From positions 3,444 to 67,443 of the forward strand of contig DATKZA010000001.1 in assembly GCA_035528155.1 (NCBI GenBank): a stretch of 64,000 nucleotides of DNA. Direction: 5' to 3'. A program made the translations under genes and the position numbers. The notes beneath the pieces are model-generated. The model was not told where the DNA came from and did no database searches. It saw nothing but the letters and a program-made list of their open reading frames with translations. Below, piece after piece: positions 45,970 through 54,994 of this stretch (positions are counted from its first letter, which is position 1; each line of letters opens with the position of its first letter). The DNA is from Patescibacteria group bacterium. Lineage in GTDB: Bacteria; Acidobacteriota; Aminicenantia; UBA2199.

Positions 45970-47669
45970 ATGTGAATCTCGTTCTCAGCAGGCATATCGG
46001 GAAAAAGCTGCAAGTAAAGCATGATCTTTCCGGCGATGGCCTTGAAAACCGGCGCCGCCACATCGCCACCGAAATGCAGGCCCTGGGGCTCATCGATCAT
46101 CACAAACACGGTCACCTGGGGATCGTGGGCCGGGAAAAACCCCCCAAATGAAGAAACATAGCTTTGCGCGTATTTTCCCCTTTTGACCTTATGGGCTGTC
46201 CCGGTCTTGCCGGCAATTTCCAGGCCTCTGATCCCGGCTTTTTTGCCGGTGCCGCGGCTGACCGCGGCCGTCAAGATTTCTGTCAGCCGCCGCTGGTTGG
46301 CAGCGGACAGCACTCGCACCTGGCTGCTGCCTGGAGTATTATTCATAATGATATCCGGCCGGATGGAAAAACCGCCCGAGGCCAGAACATTGAAAGCAGC
46401 CGCCATTTGCAGCGGCGTCACCGCAATTTCATAGCCAAAAGAAAGAAAAGCCAGGGAAACGCCGCTCCATTGTTTAAGAGTATTCAAGATGCCATTCTCT
46501 TCAGCCGGCAGCAAGATGCCGGTGCGGCGACCGAAACCGAATTTTTGGATGGTCTGAAAATATTTTTCCCCGCCCAGCCGCTGGCCGATCTGGGCCGCGC
46601 CGATATTGCTCGAGTGAATGATGATGTCGTCAAAGGAGAGCCGTGCAAACGGATGGACATCGGTGATCTGCCGGTCGCGGATCATATAAACACCATTGTG
46701 GCAATTAAACATTTCCTGCCGGCCGCAAATCCGGTTTTCCAATGCCGAAGCCGCCAGAATGACCTTGAAAGTTGAGCCGGGGTCATAAAGAAATGATATC
46801 GCCTTGTTTTTCAGGACCGGCATCGGCGTGCGCCAGATGTTTTCCGGGCAATAATCCGGGTTGCTGGCCATGGCCAGAACCTGGCCGTCGCGACTGTTCA
46901 GCACAATGACCGCCCCGCCCGCCGCCTGATATTTTTCGACCGCGGCGGCCAATTCCCTTTCCACGAAAAACTGCAGGGCAGCATCAATACTCAGGTGGAT
47001 GTCCCTGCCCGTGACCGGCTGCTCTATATACTTGAACTGGAAAATCTTTTTGCGGGCGTCGATCAGGACTTTCAATTTTCCGCCACGGCCCTTGATCTCT
47101 GAATCCAGGCTGGTTTCAATGCCGCCCAGGGCCTGCTCGTCGATGCCCACGCCGCCAAGAATGTGAGAGGCGATCTTTTTTTGCGGATACACCCGCCGGT
47201 ACTCATCGACGAAGTCTATGGTCCCGGCCGCATCCTTGCTCAAAGCAAGCTCATTGACCTTCAAGAACTCGTCATCGGTCAGTTTGCGCTTGATCCAAAT
47301 GAATTTTTCTCCGCGGCGGATGCGTTTGATAACATTTATTTTCTGGAAATTGCCCAAGGCGAGCAAGCCGCAGATTTTTTTAAAAACAACCAGTGAAAGC
47401 GCATTGTCCTTATTGCTGATGAAGGCCGACTTGGATAGCAGCGAAATGGCCAGGATCTCGCCATTGCGGTCGGAGATGGTGCCGCGCTTGGAATGAAGTT
47501 CCTCGACCCGGTTGGTCTGGGCCTTGACCTTGGCCATGTAAGTGGTGTAATCGAGCACCTGCATGTTGAAGAGTTTGAAGGCGATCAGAAAAATCCAGAT
47601 GAAAAAAAACATGGAAAGGACGAAAAAGCGCTTTTTGCCCTGACGATTGCTATTCATTGTGATCTTCAA
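45966..47669 (-). CDS. ftsI: penicillin-binding protein (FtsI/PBP3-type transpeptidase)
   Basis: Single N-terminal TM; STFK (PGSTFKVI), SSN (HSSNIGAA), KTGTA motifs. Confidence 0.9.
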   Translation of the reverse strand: MKITMNSNRQGKKRFFVLSMFFFIWIFLIAFKLFNMQVLDYTTYMAKVKAQTNRVEELHSKRGTISDRNGEILAISLLSKSAFISNKDNALSLVVFKKICGLLALGNFQKINVIKRIRRGEKFIWIKRKLTDDEFLKVNELALSKDAAGTIDFVDEYRRVYPQKKIASHILGGVGIDEQALGGIETSLDSEIKGRGGKLKVLIDARKKIFQFKYIEQPVTGRDIHLSIDAALQFFVERELAAAVEKYQAAGGAVIVLNSRDGQVLAMASNPDYCPENIWRTPMPVLKNKAISFLYDPGSTFKVILAASALENRICGRQEMFNCHNGVYMIRDRQITDVHPFARLSFDDIIIHSSNIGAAQIGQRLGGEKYFQTIQKFGFGRRTGILLPAEENGILNTLKQWSGVSLAFLSFGYEIAVTPLQMAAAFNVLASGGFSIRPDIIMNNTPGSSQVRVLSAANQRRLTEILTAAVSRGTGKKAGIRGLEIAGKTGTAHKVKRGKYAQSYVSSFGGFFPAHDPQVTVFVMIDEPQGLHFGGDVAAPVFKAIAGKIMLYLQLFPDMPAENEIHI

Positions 47670-47946
47670 TGACCTTGATGATCTGGCTGGCTTCAGGATA
47701 CTGGTAGCCCAGTTTTTCCACCACGATCTTCTCCATGCGTTCCAGATTGAGCAATTCCGCTCTCCGTGCCAGCAGGGAATCGATCTCCAGGCGCAGCTTT
47801 TTTTCCGCCAGCAGCAGCTCGTGCTGCCGGTAACCTAGGTCGACGTTCTTAAGATTCAAACTGGAATAAATGAACAGCACAAGAAAAATGAAAAACGCCA
47901 GGATGGCCAGGCGAAAATCAACCGGCGATCTGCCTTTGCTATTCAT
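47650..47946 (-). CDS. ftsL: cell division protein FtsL/FtsB-like (septum formation initiator)
   Basis: 98 aa, one TM then coiled coil; start overlaps rsmH stop. Confidence 0.65.
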   Translation of the reverse strand: MNSKGRSPVDFRLAILAFFIFLVLFIYSSLNLKNVDLGYRQHELLLAEKKLRLEIDSLLARRAELLNLERMEKIVVEKLGYQYPEASQIIKVIEDHNE

Positions 47947-48827
47947 GCCACTTCCAAAGCCCGAAGCTTCGCTGAACGTGAGGCCAGGTTTTCGATCACT
48001 TCGGCTCGGCTGGGAAAAGCGGGAAAAGGCCGAAGCAACTCGACCTTTTGCAAGCGCTGCAATTGCTGAAAACCCCGCTTGACCAGGCGGTCTTCCAGCG
48101 AATGGTAAGTGATGAACACCACTCGGCTTCCGCTCAGCAGGTGCTGGGGAATTTTTTCGAGCCAGGACCCGATGCCATCGAGTTCATGGTTAATAAAGAT
48201 GCGCAGGGCCTGGAAAACTTTGGCCGCCGGATGCCCCAGTCCCGGACGCGGCCGCCAGCGGGCGAGATCTTCAACCAACCGCCGCAGCTGCACCGTCGAT
48301 CGCCAGGGTGTGAAAAGCCTTTTTTCAATGATCGCTTTGGCCAGGCGCCGGGAGTTGGACACTTCGCCAAAGCGGCTAAAAATGTCAGCAAGCTTGTCCT
48401 CGGAAAAGGAGTTGAGAACTTCGGCGGCGGTCAGGCTGGAATGGAGATCTTTGCGCATGTCCAGGGGTCCTTCCAGGGTATGAGAAAACCCGCGCTGGTC
48501 TTTTTTCAATTGAAAGGTGGAAATGCCCGGATCCACCAGGATTCCCGAGACGGCCAGGCGCCGGCAGTCAAAATCTTCAAAAAGGCTGATGAAGGTGCCC
48601 GCATGAAAGCGCACCCGCTTACCAAAACCCTGCAAATTTTCCCTGGCCAGGGCAAGACTTTCATCATCCTGGTCGATGGCGATCACGCTGGCTTCAGGGA
48701 AAGCGCTGAGAATATGATGGCTGTGGCCGCCGCAGCCCACCGTACAATCCACAAAAGTTTTTTTTCCGGTGCCTTGGAATATTTCCAGGACCTCTCTATT
48801 CATGACGGGGTAATGAAGAAAATTCAT
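47943..48827 (-). CDS. rsmH: 16S rRNA (cytosine1402-N4)-methyltransferase
   Basis: HYPVM, DCTVGCGGHS motifs; start taken at MNFLHYPVM (listed ORF extends to 48893). Confidence 0.85.
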   Translation of the reverse strand: MNFLHYPVMNREVLEIFQGTGKKTFVDCTVGCGGHSHHILSAFPEASVIAIDQDDESLALARENLQGFGKRVRFHAGTFISLFEDFDCRRLAVSGILVDPGISTFQLKKDQRGFSHTLEGPLDMRKDLHSSLTAAEVLNSFSEDKLADIFSRFGEVSNSRRLAKAIIEKRLFTPWRSTVQLRRLVEDLARWRPRPGLGHPAAKVFQALRIFINHELDGIGSWLEKIPQHLLSGSRVVFITYHSLEDRLVKRGFQQLQRLQKVELLRPFPAFPSRAEVIENLASRSAKLRALEVA

Positions 48828-49272
48828 TGAGCAACCTCGACACCTTGTGCATCTTTTCATCGCCGAACTGACCGCCCATGTACCGTGCCTCAAAGACCTC
48901 CTTGTTCCAGATCACCATGTAATCGATCTTGCCAAGGATCAGCAGACTGTTTTCCAGTTTGCTGCCGGCCCGGAGATCGGGCGGGATCAGGATGCGGCCC
49001 TTGGAATCGATCTCGGTTTCCGTGCCCCAGAAACTGCTGCGGCTGACGAATTCTTCCAGGTCGGGATCGCGCATAGGGATGGCGGCGATCTTCTTTTCGA
49101 TCTCCTGCCAGACCGTCATGGGATAAAACAGAATATGGTCGCCGTTGACCGAAGTCAGATAGACCTCTCTGCCAAAATCTTTTTCCAGGACGGAGAGGTA
49201 CTTAGCGGGTATTTTGACCCGGCCGCGGTCATCGATTTTCGCGATGTAACTGCCCCTGAATCGTTCTTTCAT
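48796..49272 (-). CDS. mraZ: division/cell-wall cluster transcriptional regulator MraZ
   Basis: Duplicated MraZ/SpoVT-AbrB domain (DDRGRVKIPAKY ... DSKGRILIP); start taken at MKERFRGSY (Met-10 of listed ORF). Confidence 0.8.
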   Translation of the reverse strand: MKERFRGSYIAKIDDRGRVKIPAKYLSVLEKDFGREVYLTSVNGDHILFYPMTVWQEIEKKIAAIPMRDPDLEEFVSRSSFWGTETEIDSKGRILIPPDLRAGSKLENSLLILGKIDYMVIWNKEVFEARYMGGQFGDEKMHKVSRLLNEFSSLPRHE

Positions 49273-49296
49273 CCCATTTTGTCCCATTTTCTCCCA
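49272..49296 (-). promoter_or_regulatory. three direct TGGGA repeats at 10-bp spacing (putative MraZ operator) with -10/-35 just upstream
   Basis: Minus strand reads TGGGAgaaaaTGGGAcaaaaTGGGAtg overlapping the mraZ ATG; TTGACA (49328-49323) and TATTAT (49305-49300) lie upstream on the minus strand. Confidence 0.55.
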
Positions 49297-49361
49297 CATA
49301 ATAATATATATAATAACTAATTGTCAAGAAATTTTTTCATAAAATTTTTTTTGAAACCATC

Positions 49362-49390
49362 TTGACACGCTACATTTAGCGCTTTATAAT
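49362..49390 (+). promoter_or_regulatory. consensus sigma70 promoter TTGACA-17-TATAAT for nrdJ
   Basis: TTGACA 49362-49367, TATAAT 49385-49390; AGGAG RBS before ATG 49428; divergent from mraZ promoter. Confidence 0.65.
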
Positions 49391-49427
49391 CGGGTATCAA
49401 CTATATTTACAGGCCAAGGAGAGTTTA

Positions 49428-51509
49428 ATGGAAAATTTCACGGAAAACGCGCTAAAAATATTAAAGGCCCGTTACTTTAAAAAAGACGAAAAAGGGACAC
49501 CGCTCGAAACCAAGCCCTCGGAATTGTTCCGCCGCGTTTCCCGCTTTATCGCCAAAGCCGAAAAAAATGAGGCCGATAGAAAATTCTGGGAAGAAAAATT
49601 CTTCCAGGCCATGATGCAAAAGGATTTCATGCCAAACTCTCCAACCCTGACCGGCGCCGAACGGCAGATGTGCCTTTCCGCCTGTTTTGTTTTGCCCATC
49701 GAGGACTCGCTGGACGGCATATTCGAAACGGTGAAGAACGCGGCCCTGGTCCACAAAGAGGGCGGCGGCACGGGTTTCGATTTTTCCAGGATCCGGCCGG
49801 CGGGGAGCTTCGTGCGCAAAACCCAGGGCATCGCCTCGGGACCGGTCTCATTTTTAAAAGTCATTGACGCCGGCACCGAAGCGGTCAAACAGGGCGGTAC
49901 GCGCCGCGGCGCCAACATGGGAGTCTTGCGGGTCGACCATCCTGACATCAAGAACTTCATCTCCATGAAACGGGACGGCATTACGGCCCAGAATTTCAAT
50001 ATCTCGGTTGCCGTCACCGATGCCTTCATCCAGGCCGTTAAAAACAACACCAGCTATGACTTGATCAATCCCATGGACGCTTCGGTGATCGGTAAGGCCA
50101 ACGCCCAGGACATGTTCGACCTGATCGTCGACTCGGCCTGGAGCAACGGCGACCCCGGATTGATCTTCATCGACAAGGTCAACCAGCTGAACCCGACCGC
50201 CAAACAGGGGCCCATACGCGCCACCAATCCCTGCGGCGAACAGCCGCTCCACGATTACGAGGCCTGCAATCTCGGTTCGATCAACCTGCTGAACTTGTAC
50301 GATGAAAAATCACAGCAGGGGCTGAATTGGGAAAAATTCCGCGAAGTCATACAATTGGGCATCCGTTTCCTTGATGACGTCATCGACGTCAACCTGTATC
50401 CGCTCGAAAAAATCGACAAGATGGCCAAAGCCAACCGCCGCATCGGCCTGGGGATCATGGGGTTTGCCGACCTGCTGATCCGCATGGGCATTGCCTACAA
50501 CAGCGAGGAAGCCCGTTCCCTGGGCAGCAAAATCATCGCCTTCATGAAAGAAGAAGCGGTCAGGGCTTCGCGCCTGCTGGCCGAATTGCGCGGCAATTTC
50601 CCTAATATCGACAAATCGGTCTACAAAGGTCAAAAGATGCGCAACGCCTCAGTGCTGACCATCGCCCCCACCGGAACCATTTCCCGCATTGCCGGCTGTT
50701 CATCCAGCATCGAACCGATATTCGCCTTCCAAGTGATCTCGAAGATCCTGGACAGCGAGATCCGCGACATTCACCCGCTCTACCGGCAATGGCAGGAAAA
50801 GCACCCCGAAGCCGCACCGCCCGCTTATTTCGTCACCGCCCAGGAAATATCCCCTCTCGATCACTTGAAAATGCAGGCGGTTTTCCAGGAATACGTGGAC
50901 AGCGCCGTTTCCAAGACCATCAATTTTCCCAATACGGCGACGCGCGAAGATATCGAGGCCGCCTACAGGCAGGCCTTCGACATGAACATCAAGGGCATCA
51001 CCGTCTACCGCGACGGCTGCCGGGCCGTGCAGGTCCTGAACAAAGCCGGTGAGGAAAAACCCAAGCCCATGGGCCGTCCCGACGCCATTCCCTCCACCAC
51101 CCACAAGATCTCAACCGGCCTCGGCAACCTCTACATCACGGTCAGTTATTTTAACAAGAAACCCTTCGAAGTTTTCGCCTCCATCGGCAAAAGCGGCTAC
51201 TCGACCATGGCCGACGCCGAAGCCATCGGCCGGCTGATATCGCTGGCCCTGCGCAGCGGCATTTCGACCGAAGAAGTGGTCAACCAGCTCAAAGGTATCG
51301 GCGGTGCCGAACCGATCTTTACCAACGGCCTGCTCATCCAATCCATCCCCGACGCCATCGCCAAAGTCCTGGAAACCCACATTGGTACGGTGCACATGCA
51401 TCATCAGGACCACAACGGTCACAATTGCCCGGTTTGCGGCAGCAGTATCAGCGATGAAAAGTGCCCCACCTGCGCCAATTGCGGCTGGTCGAAATGCAAC
51501 GGCGTATGA
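49428..51509 (+). CDS. nrdJ: class II (adenosylcobalamin-dependent) ribonucleotide reductase
   Basis: 693 aa; RNR active-site region NPCGEQPL, C-terminal Cys-rich zinc-ribbon CPVCGSS...CPTCANCGWSKC. Confidence 0.85.
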   Translation: MENFTENALKILKARYFKKDEKGTPLETKPSELFRRVSRFIAKAEKNEADRKFWEEKFFQAMMQKDFMPNSPTLTGAERQMCLSACFVLPIEDSLDGIFETVKNAALVHKEGGGTGFDFSRIRPAGSFVRKTQGIASGPVSFLKVIDAGTEAVKQGGTRRGANMGVLRVDHPDIKNFISMKRDGITAQNFNISVAVTDAFIQAVKNNTSYDLINPMDASVIGKANAQDMFDLIVDSAWSNGDPGLIFIDKVNQLNPTAKQGPIRATNPCGEQPLHDYEACNLGSINLLNLYDEKSQQGLNWEKFREVIQLGIRFLDDVIDVNLYPLEKIDKMAKANRRIGLGIMGFADLLIRMGIAYNSEEARSLGSKIIAFMKEEAVRASRLLAELRGNFPNIDKSVYKGQKMRNASVLTIAPTGTISRIAGCSSSIEPIFAFQVISKILDSEIRDIHPLYRQWQEKHPEAAPPAYFVTAQEISPLDHLKMQAVFQEYVDSAVSKTINFPNTATREDIEAAYRQAFDMNIKGITVYRDGCRAVQVLNKAGEEKPKPMGRPDAIPSTTHKISTGLGNLYITVSYFNKKPFEVFASIGKSGYSTMADAEAIGRLISLALRSGISTEEVVNQLKGIGGAEPIFTNGLLIQSIPDAIAKVLETHIGTVHMHHQDHNGHNCPVCGSSISDEKCPTCANCGWSKCNGV

Positions 51510-51550
51510 ACGCCGGACAACTTGGTTTTAAAAATCGGAAATCATGTTTT

Positions 51551-53324
51551 TTAAAATTCACCGTTAAAAAACGCGGCAGGCGAACTGAGCGAGGAATAAT
51601 TTTTCAGCTCCGCCAAAAGCTTTTCACTGGCCTGGGGAGAGGAAGCGGCTGAACAGAGATACTGGAAACGCTTCTGCAAAAAAGTGAAACCGTTGACAAA
51701 ATCAGGAAGGCCTTCGGGCTGGAACCGTTTCCGCCACAAATCCAGGTATAGATTTTTAAGTTTCTCGGCCCCCTGTCCAAGCCATGCCGCCTGGCGGTGA
51801 ATTTGCTCTGGCCCGCCTTGTTCTTCCAGAAGGGAACCGAGACGGTTGGAAAATTCCACCTTGGCGGCGATGAATGCATACAATTGCTGGGCGAAGTCCA
51901 AAAAATCGGTCAGTTCATTGCGGGCGATTTTTCTTTTTCCCAAATATAGCGCGGCTTTGCGGAAATGGGCCACGACCTCCCGCGGATCGCCCTGCCGGGA
52001 GAAAGGGGCAAGCAGCGGGTCTTCAAAAAGGTAGCGGAAATGGGAATGGGACAGCCGGTGTTCCGCCTGGGCCAGGAACGTGTAGACCCGAAACAGGTCG
52101 GGCTCGTCGCGGCCCAGTGCCCAGCGGCTGAATGACCCGGGGGCGGGAGGCCTGCCGCTCCATAACAGGCAGCCGGCTTCAAAATGGAGCAAGGCACTCC
52201 CTTCGGGAAGGCAGCCGTTTCCGCCGCTCTCGCCGTCGATCAGCATCACCCCGGCCAATTTTTCCGCTTTGGCGGCGTGGAAAGCGGCGCGGATGCCGGC
52301 CATGCTGCTGCGGTTGGCGGGAATGAACCGGTTCTTGACCTGGATGGTCTGGCAGAGCACCTGCGGGACATGGTGCTTTTTAAAAGGTAAGGCCTTGTTT
52401 TTAAAAAAATCGGACTTTCCTGTTTGCGGATCCCTTTGCAGAACCAGGACATCATGGGGAATTTTTCGGATCCAATCGCCGCGATCCGCAAAGTAATCGG
52501 CCCAGACCAGTATTTTTTCGCCCCGGGCTTTGCCAAGGCGACAGCGCTGTAAAAAATCTTCGAACCGGGCGGCGGGCGCGCTCTCCCTCTCGCTTGCTTC
52601 CGAACCGGTCACTGCCAGTCTGGCCGGATCAAATGCGCCGTCATCCCGGTCAAGGTCCTGGCCGGGGACCGACGCTTCATCCGCGGGCAAAAAGAAAATC
52701 TCCAGGCCCATTTTCCGGGCCCGGGCGGAAACGAGATCCATTTCGTTCCTGTTGAAAACTCCATTTCGCGAAGGGCCCGCGATCGATTTTTCGAGCCCGG
52801 CCGAGCAGGCGGCCGGCAGCGCAAAATAATTGAATCGCAAGAGGGCCATTTTCAGCAGCAAGCGCTGCAGCTCCGCTGCGACAGGAACCGCTCCGCCCGC
52901 CGCAGCAAAAGCAAATCCCCTCATGGCGATCTCCGGCCCATCGCGGATCGAAAAACCCGGCATGCGCCCGGAACGGCTATAAAAGGAGAGGATTTGCAGC
53001 AGGGTGGCCAGGGCATAAAACTGGCCGCGGGCTGAATTGGCCAGGACCAGGATCCGCTTCTGACCGCTTTCCAGCATGTATTCTTCATCGACCAGGTCCT
53101 GGCGCTCCTGAAAGATGATCTCCAGGCCGCGGTTTTTATTCCTGACGTTAAAAAAATCGAACAGAAAGTCGTATTTCTTATAAATTTCCAGGGGAAAACA
53201 CAGATCGCGGATATCGAAAAAATCATCGCGGACCAGGGTTTTCTTGGGGTACGGGAACAGGAAAGCGAATTCGTTTTTCATGTCATTTTCTGAAAAAGGC
53301 CGGCCGAGTGAGGCTGGCAACATG
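51551..53324 (-). CDS. glycoside hydrolase family 20-like protein with divergent catalytic region (hypothetical)
   Basis: RILVLANSARGQFYALATLLQIL and IRDGPEIAMRGF resemble the GH20 N-terminal/zincin-like domain and start of the catalytic domain, but the H/N-x-G-x-D-E motif is not evident; start uncertain (53324 or 53281). Confidence 0.35.
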
Positions 53325-53457
53325 ATTTTAAGACAAAAACCATAACTTGGCAAGCGCCGCCTGACGGCCGTCTTGAAAAAAAGAAAATAAATAAAGGGGT
53401 AAAAATTGACAAAGTGAAATATCTTTAATAAAATTATTTTTAACACAAACCAGAAAT

Positions 53458-54216
53458 ATGGATACACTAAAGAAATTCCTCACCCACTACAAGGCCGGCG
53501 ACATCATCTATAAAAAAGGTGAAATCCAGACCGATTTTTACATTCTCAACAAAGGCAAGGTCCAACTGAAGAGTGACAGCAGCGGCCGGATTCTGATCAC
53601 GCTGACAAAAGGTGATTTTTTCGGCGAGGAATCATTGAACAACGAACAGAACGCGATCTATACGGTGGAAGTCATCGAAGACGCGGACATGATCAAGATC
53701 CCCTACATTTCTTTGACCGAAATGCTCAAGCAGACACCCGACATTGCCTTGAAAGTATTGAAGAAACTGAGCGAAAAACATATAAAAATCCAAACTGTTC
53801 TGATGGATATGCCGATCCCCGCCCCGGTCGCAAAGGAAAAGCCGGATGGCAAGGAAGTGAAAAAAGAAGACCAGACTTCTGAAAAGATCAATACCGACGT
53901 CAAAGCCTATTTGATCATTCAACGCTCGAACCGCCTGGTGCAGCTGACCAAGACCCAAACCTTTTTGGGCCGGCGGGATTACACCACCGGATTTGTTCCC
54001 GACATCGACCTGACGGACGAGGATGAAGAGAAGTACATTTCACGCAAGCATTCCAAGATCCAGTTCAAGGACGGCAAATTTTATCTTTCCGAGGAACCCG
54101 GCGCCATTAACGGCACTTTCCTGAACGGCAATAAACTGCAAACCGGGGTCAAACATGAACTGCACGCTGAAGACGAGATCACCCTCTGTCATTTGAATAT
54201 TATCTTCAAAGTCTGA
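53458..54216 (+). CDS. cyclic-nucleotide-binding domain protein fused to C-terminal FHA domain
   Basis: cNMP-binding motifs (GDIIYKKGE...FGEESL); FHA motifs (TFLGRR...ISRKHSKIQF...INGTFLNGNKL). Confidence 0.7.
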   Translation: MDTLKKFLTHYKAGDIIYKKGEIQTDFYILNKGKVQLKSDSSGRILITLTKGDFFGEESLNNEQNAIYTVEVIEDADMIKIPYISLTEMLKQTPDIALKVLKKLSEKHIKIQTVLMDMPIPAPVAKEKPDGKEVKKEDQTSEKINTDVKAYLIIQRSNRLVQLTKTQTFLGRRDYTTGFVPDIDLTDEDEEKYISRKHSKIQFKDGKFYLSEEPGAINGTFLNGNKLQTGVKHELHAEDEITLCHLNIIFKV

Positions 54217-54241
54217 TCTTTTTCCCCGCAGCTGGCAACTC

Positions 54242-54994
54242 TTACCGATCAAGCCATTCGCCGCTGTAAAAAACTTTTGTCTCTTGGCCGGCCACTTTCA
54301 GCAGCAAAGCGCCATCCGCGGCCAGACCGCAAAATTCACCCCGCAAAATTTGTCCCTGGTAATGAAAAGATATCTGCCGCCGCAAATAGGAACGGCTCAA
54401 CCACCTAGCCTGACGGAGAATCCCGGTTAACTGGCCGTTTTGCAAATTTTTCAGCCTGGCGGCCAAGGCTGCGGCCAAGCGCCCGCTGCCGGCAGCGACC
54501 GGCCAGGACACGCCGGTCAATGTTTTCAGCGACCCGGCCCGCTCGCGCAAATCAACAGGGAAATCCCCGGCTTGCTGGTTGACATTGATGCCGATGCCAA
54601 CAAGGCAGGTGATTTTTTCCGCCCGGACCATGTTTTCACAGATGATACCGGCAATTTTTTTGCCGCCAGCCAGAATGTCATTTGGCCATTTCAAGGCGAA
54701 CTCCCGCTTGGTCCAACTACCAAGCATCTCGGCCACGGCCACGCCCGAAGTGATGGCCAGAAGGGGGAGGCCGGAGCCGGAGCCGAGGTGAAAGGCGAAA
54801 GTGGCGTAAATGCCGAGATCCGGCATAGAGAACCAGCCGCGGCCGTCACGACCGTGTCCGGAAAGCTGGGTGCCAGCGGTGACCATGAGCGGAAAATCGG
54901 CTTCCAGACGGGACAGGTTCTGCCTGATATAGTCGCTGGTCGATTCGCAGCGATCGAGGTGAATATGCTTGAAATGATCAGGATAGGTCGTCAA
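54242..54994 (-). CDS. birA: biotin--[acetyl-CoA-carboxylase] ligase (group I, no HTH)
   Basis: GHGRDGRGWFS (GRGRxGRxW-type motif); 250 aa. Confidence 0.8.
   Translation of the reverse strand: MTTYPDHFKHIHLDRCESTSDYIRQNLSRLEADFPLMVTAGTQLSGHGRDGRGWFSMPDLGIYATFAFHLGSGSGLPLLAITSGVAVAEMLGSWTKREFALKWPNDILAGGKKIAGIICENMVRAEKITCLVGIGINVNQQAGDFPVDLRERAGSLKTLTGVSWPVAAGSGRLAAALAARLKNLQNGQLTGILRQARWLSRSYLRRQISFHYQGQILRGEFCGLAADGALLLKVAGQETKVFYSGEWLDR

Noticed and set aside
49391-49427. Cobalamin riboswitch or NrdR box upstream of nrdJ
   Set aside because: The leader between the -10 and the ATG is only ~37 nt, too short for a B12 riboswitch. I could not find a convincing NrdR-box palindrome.
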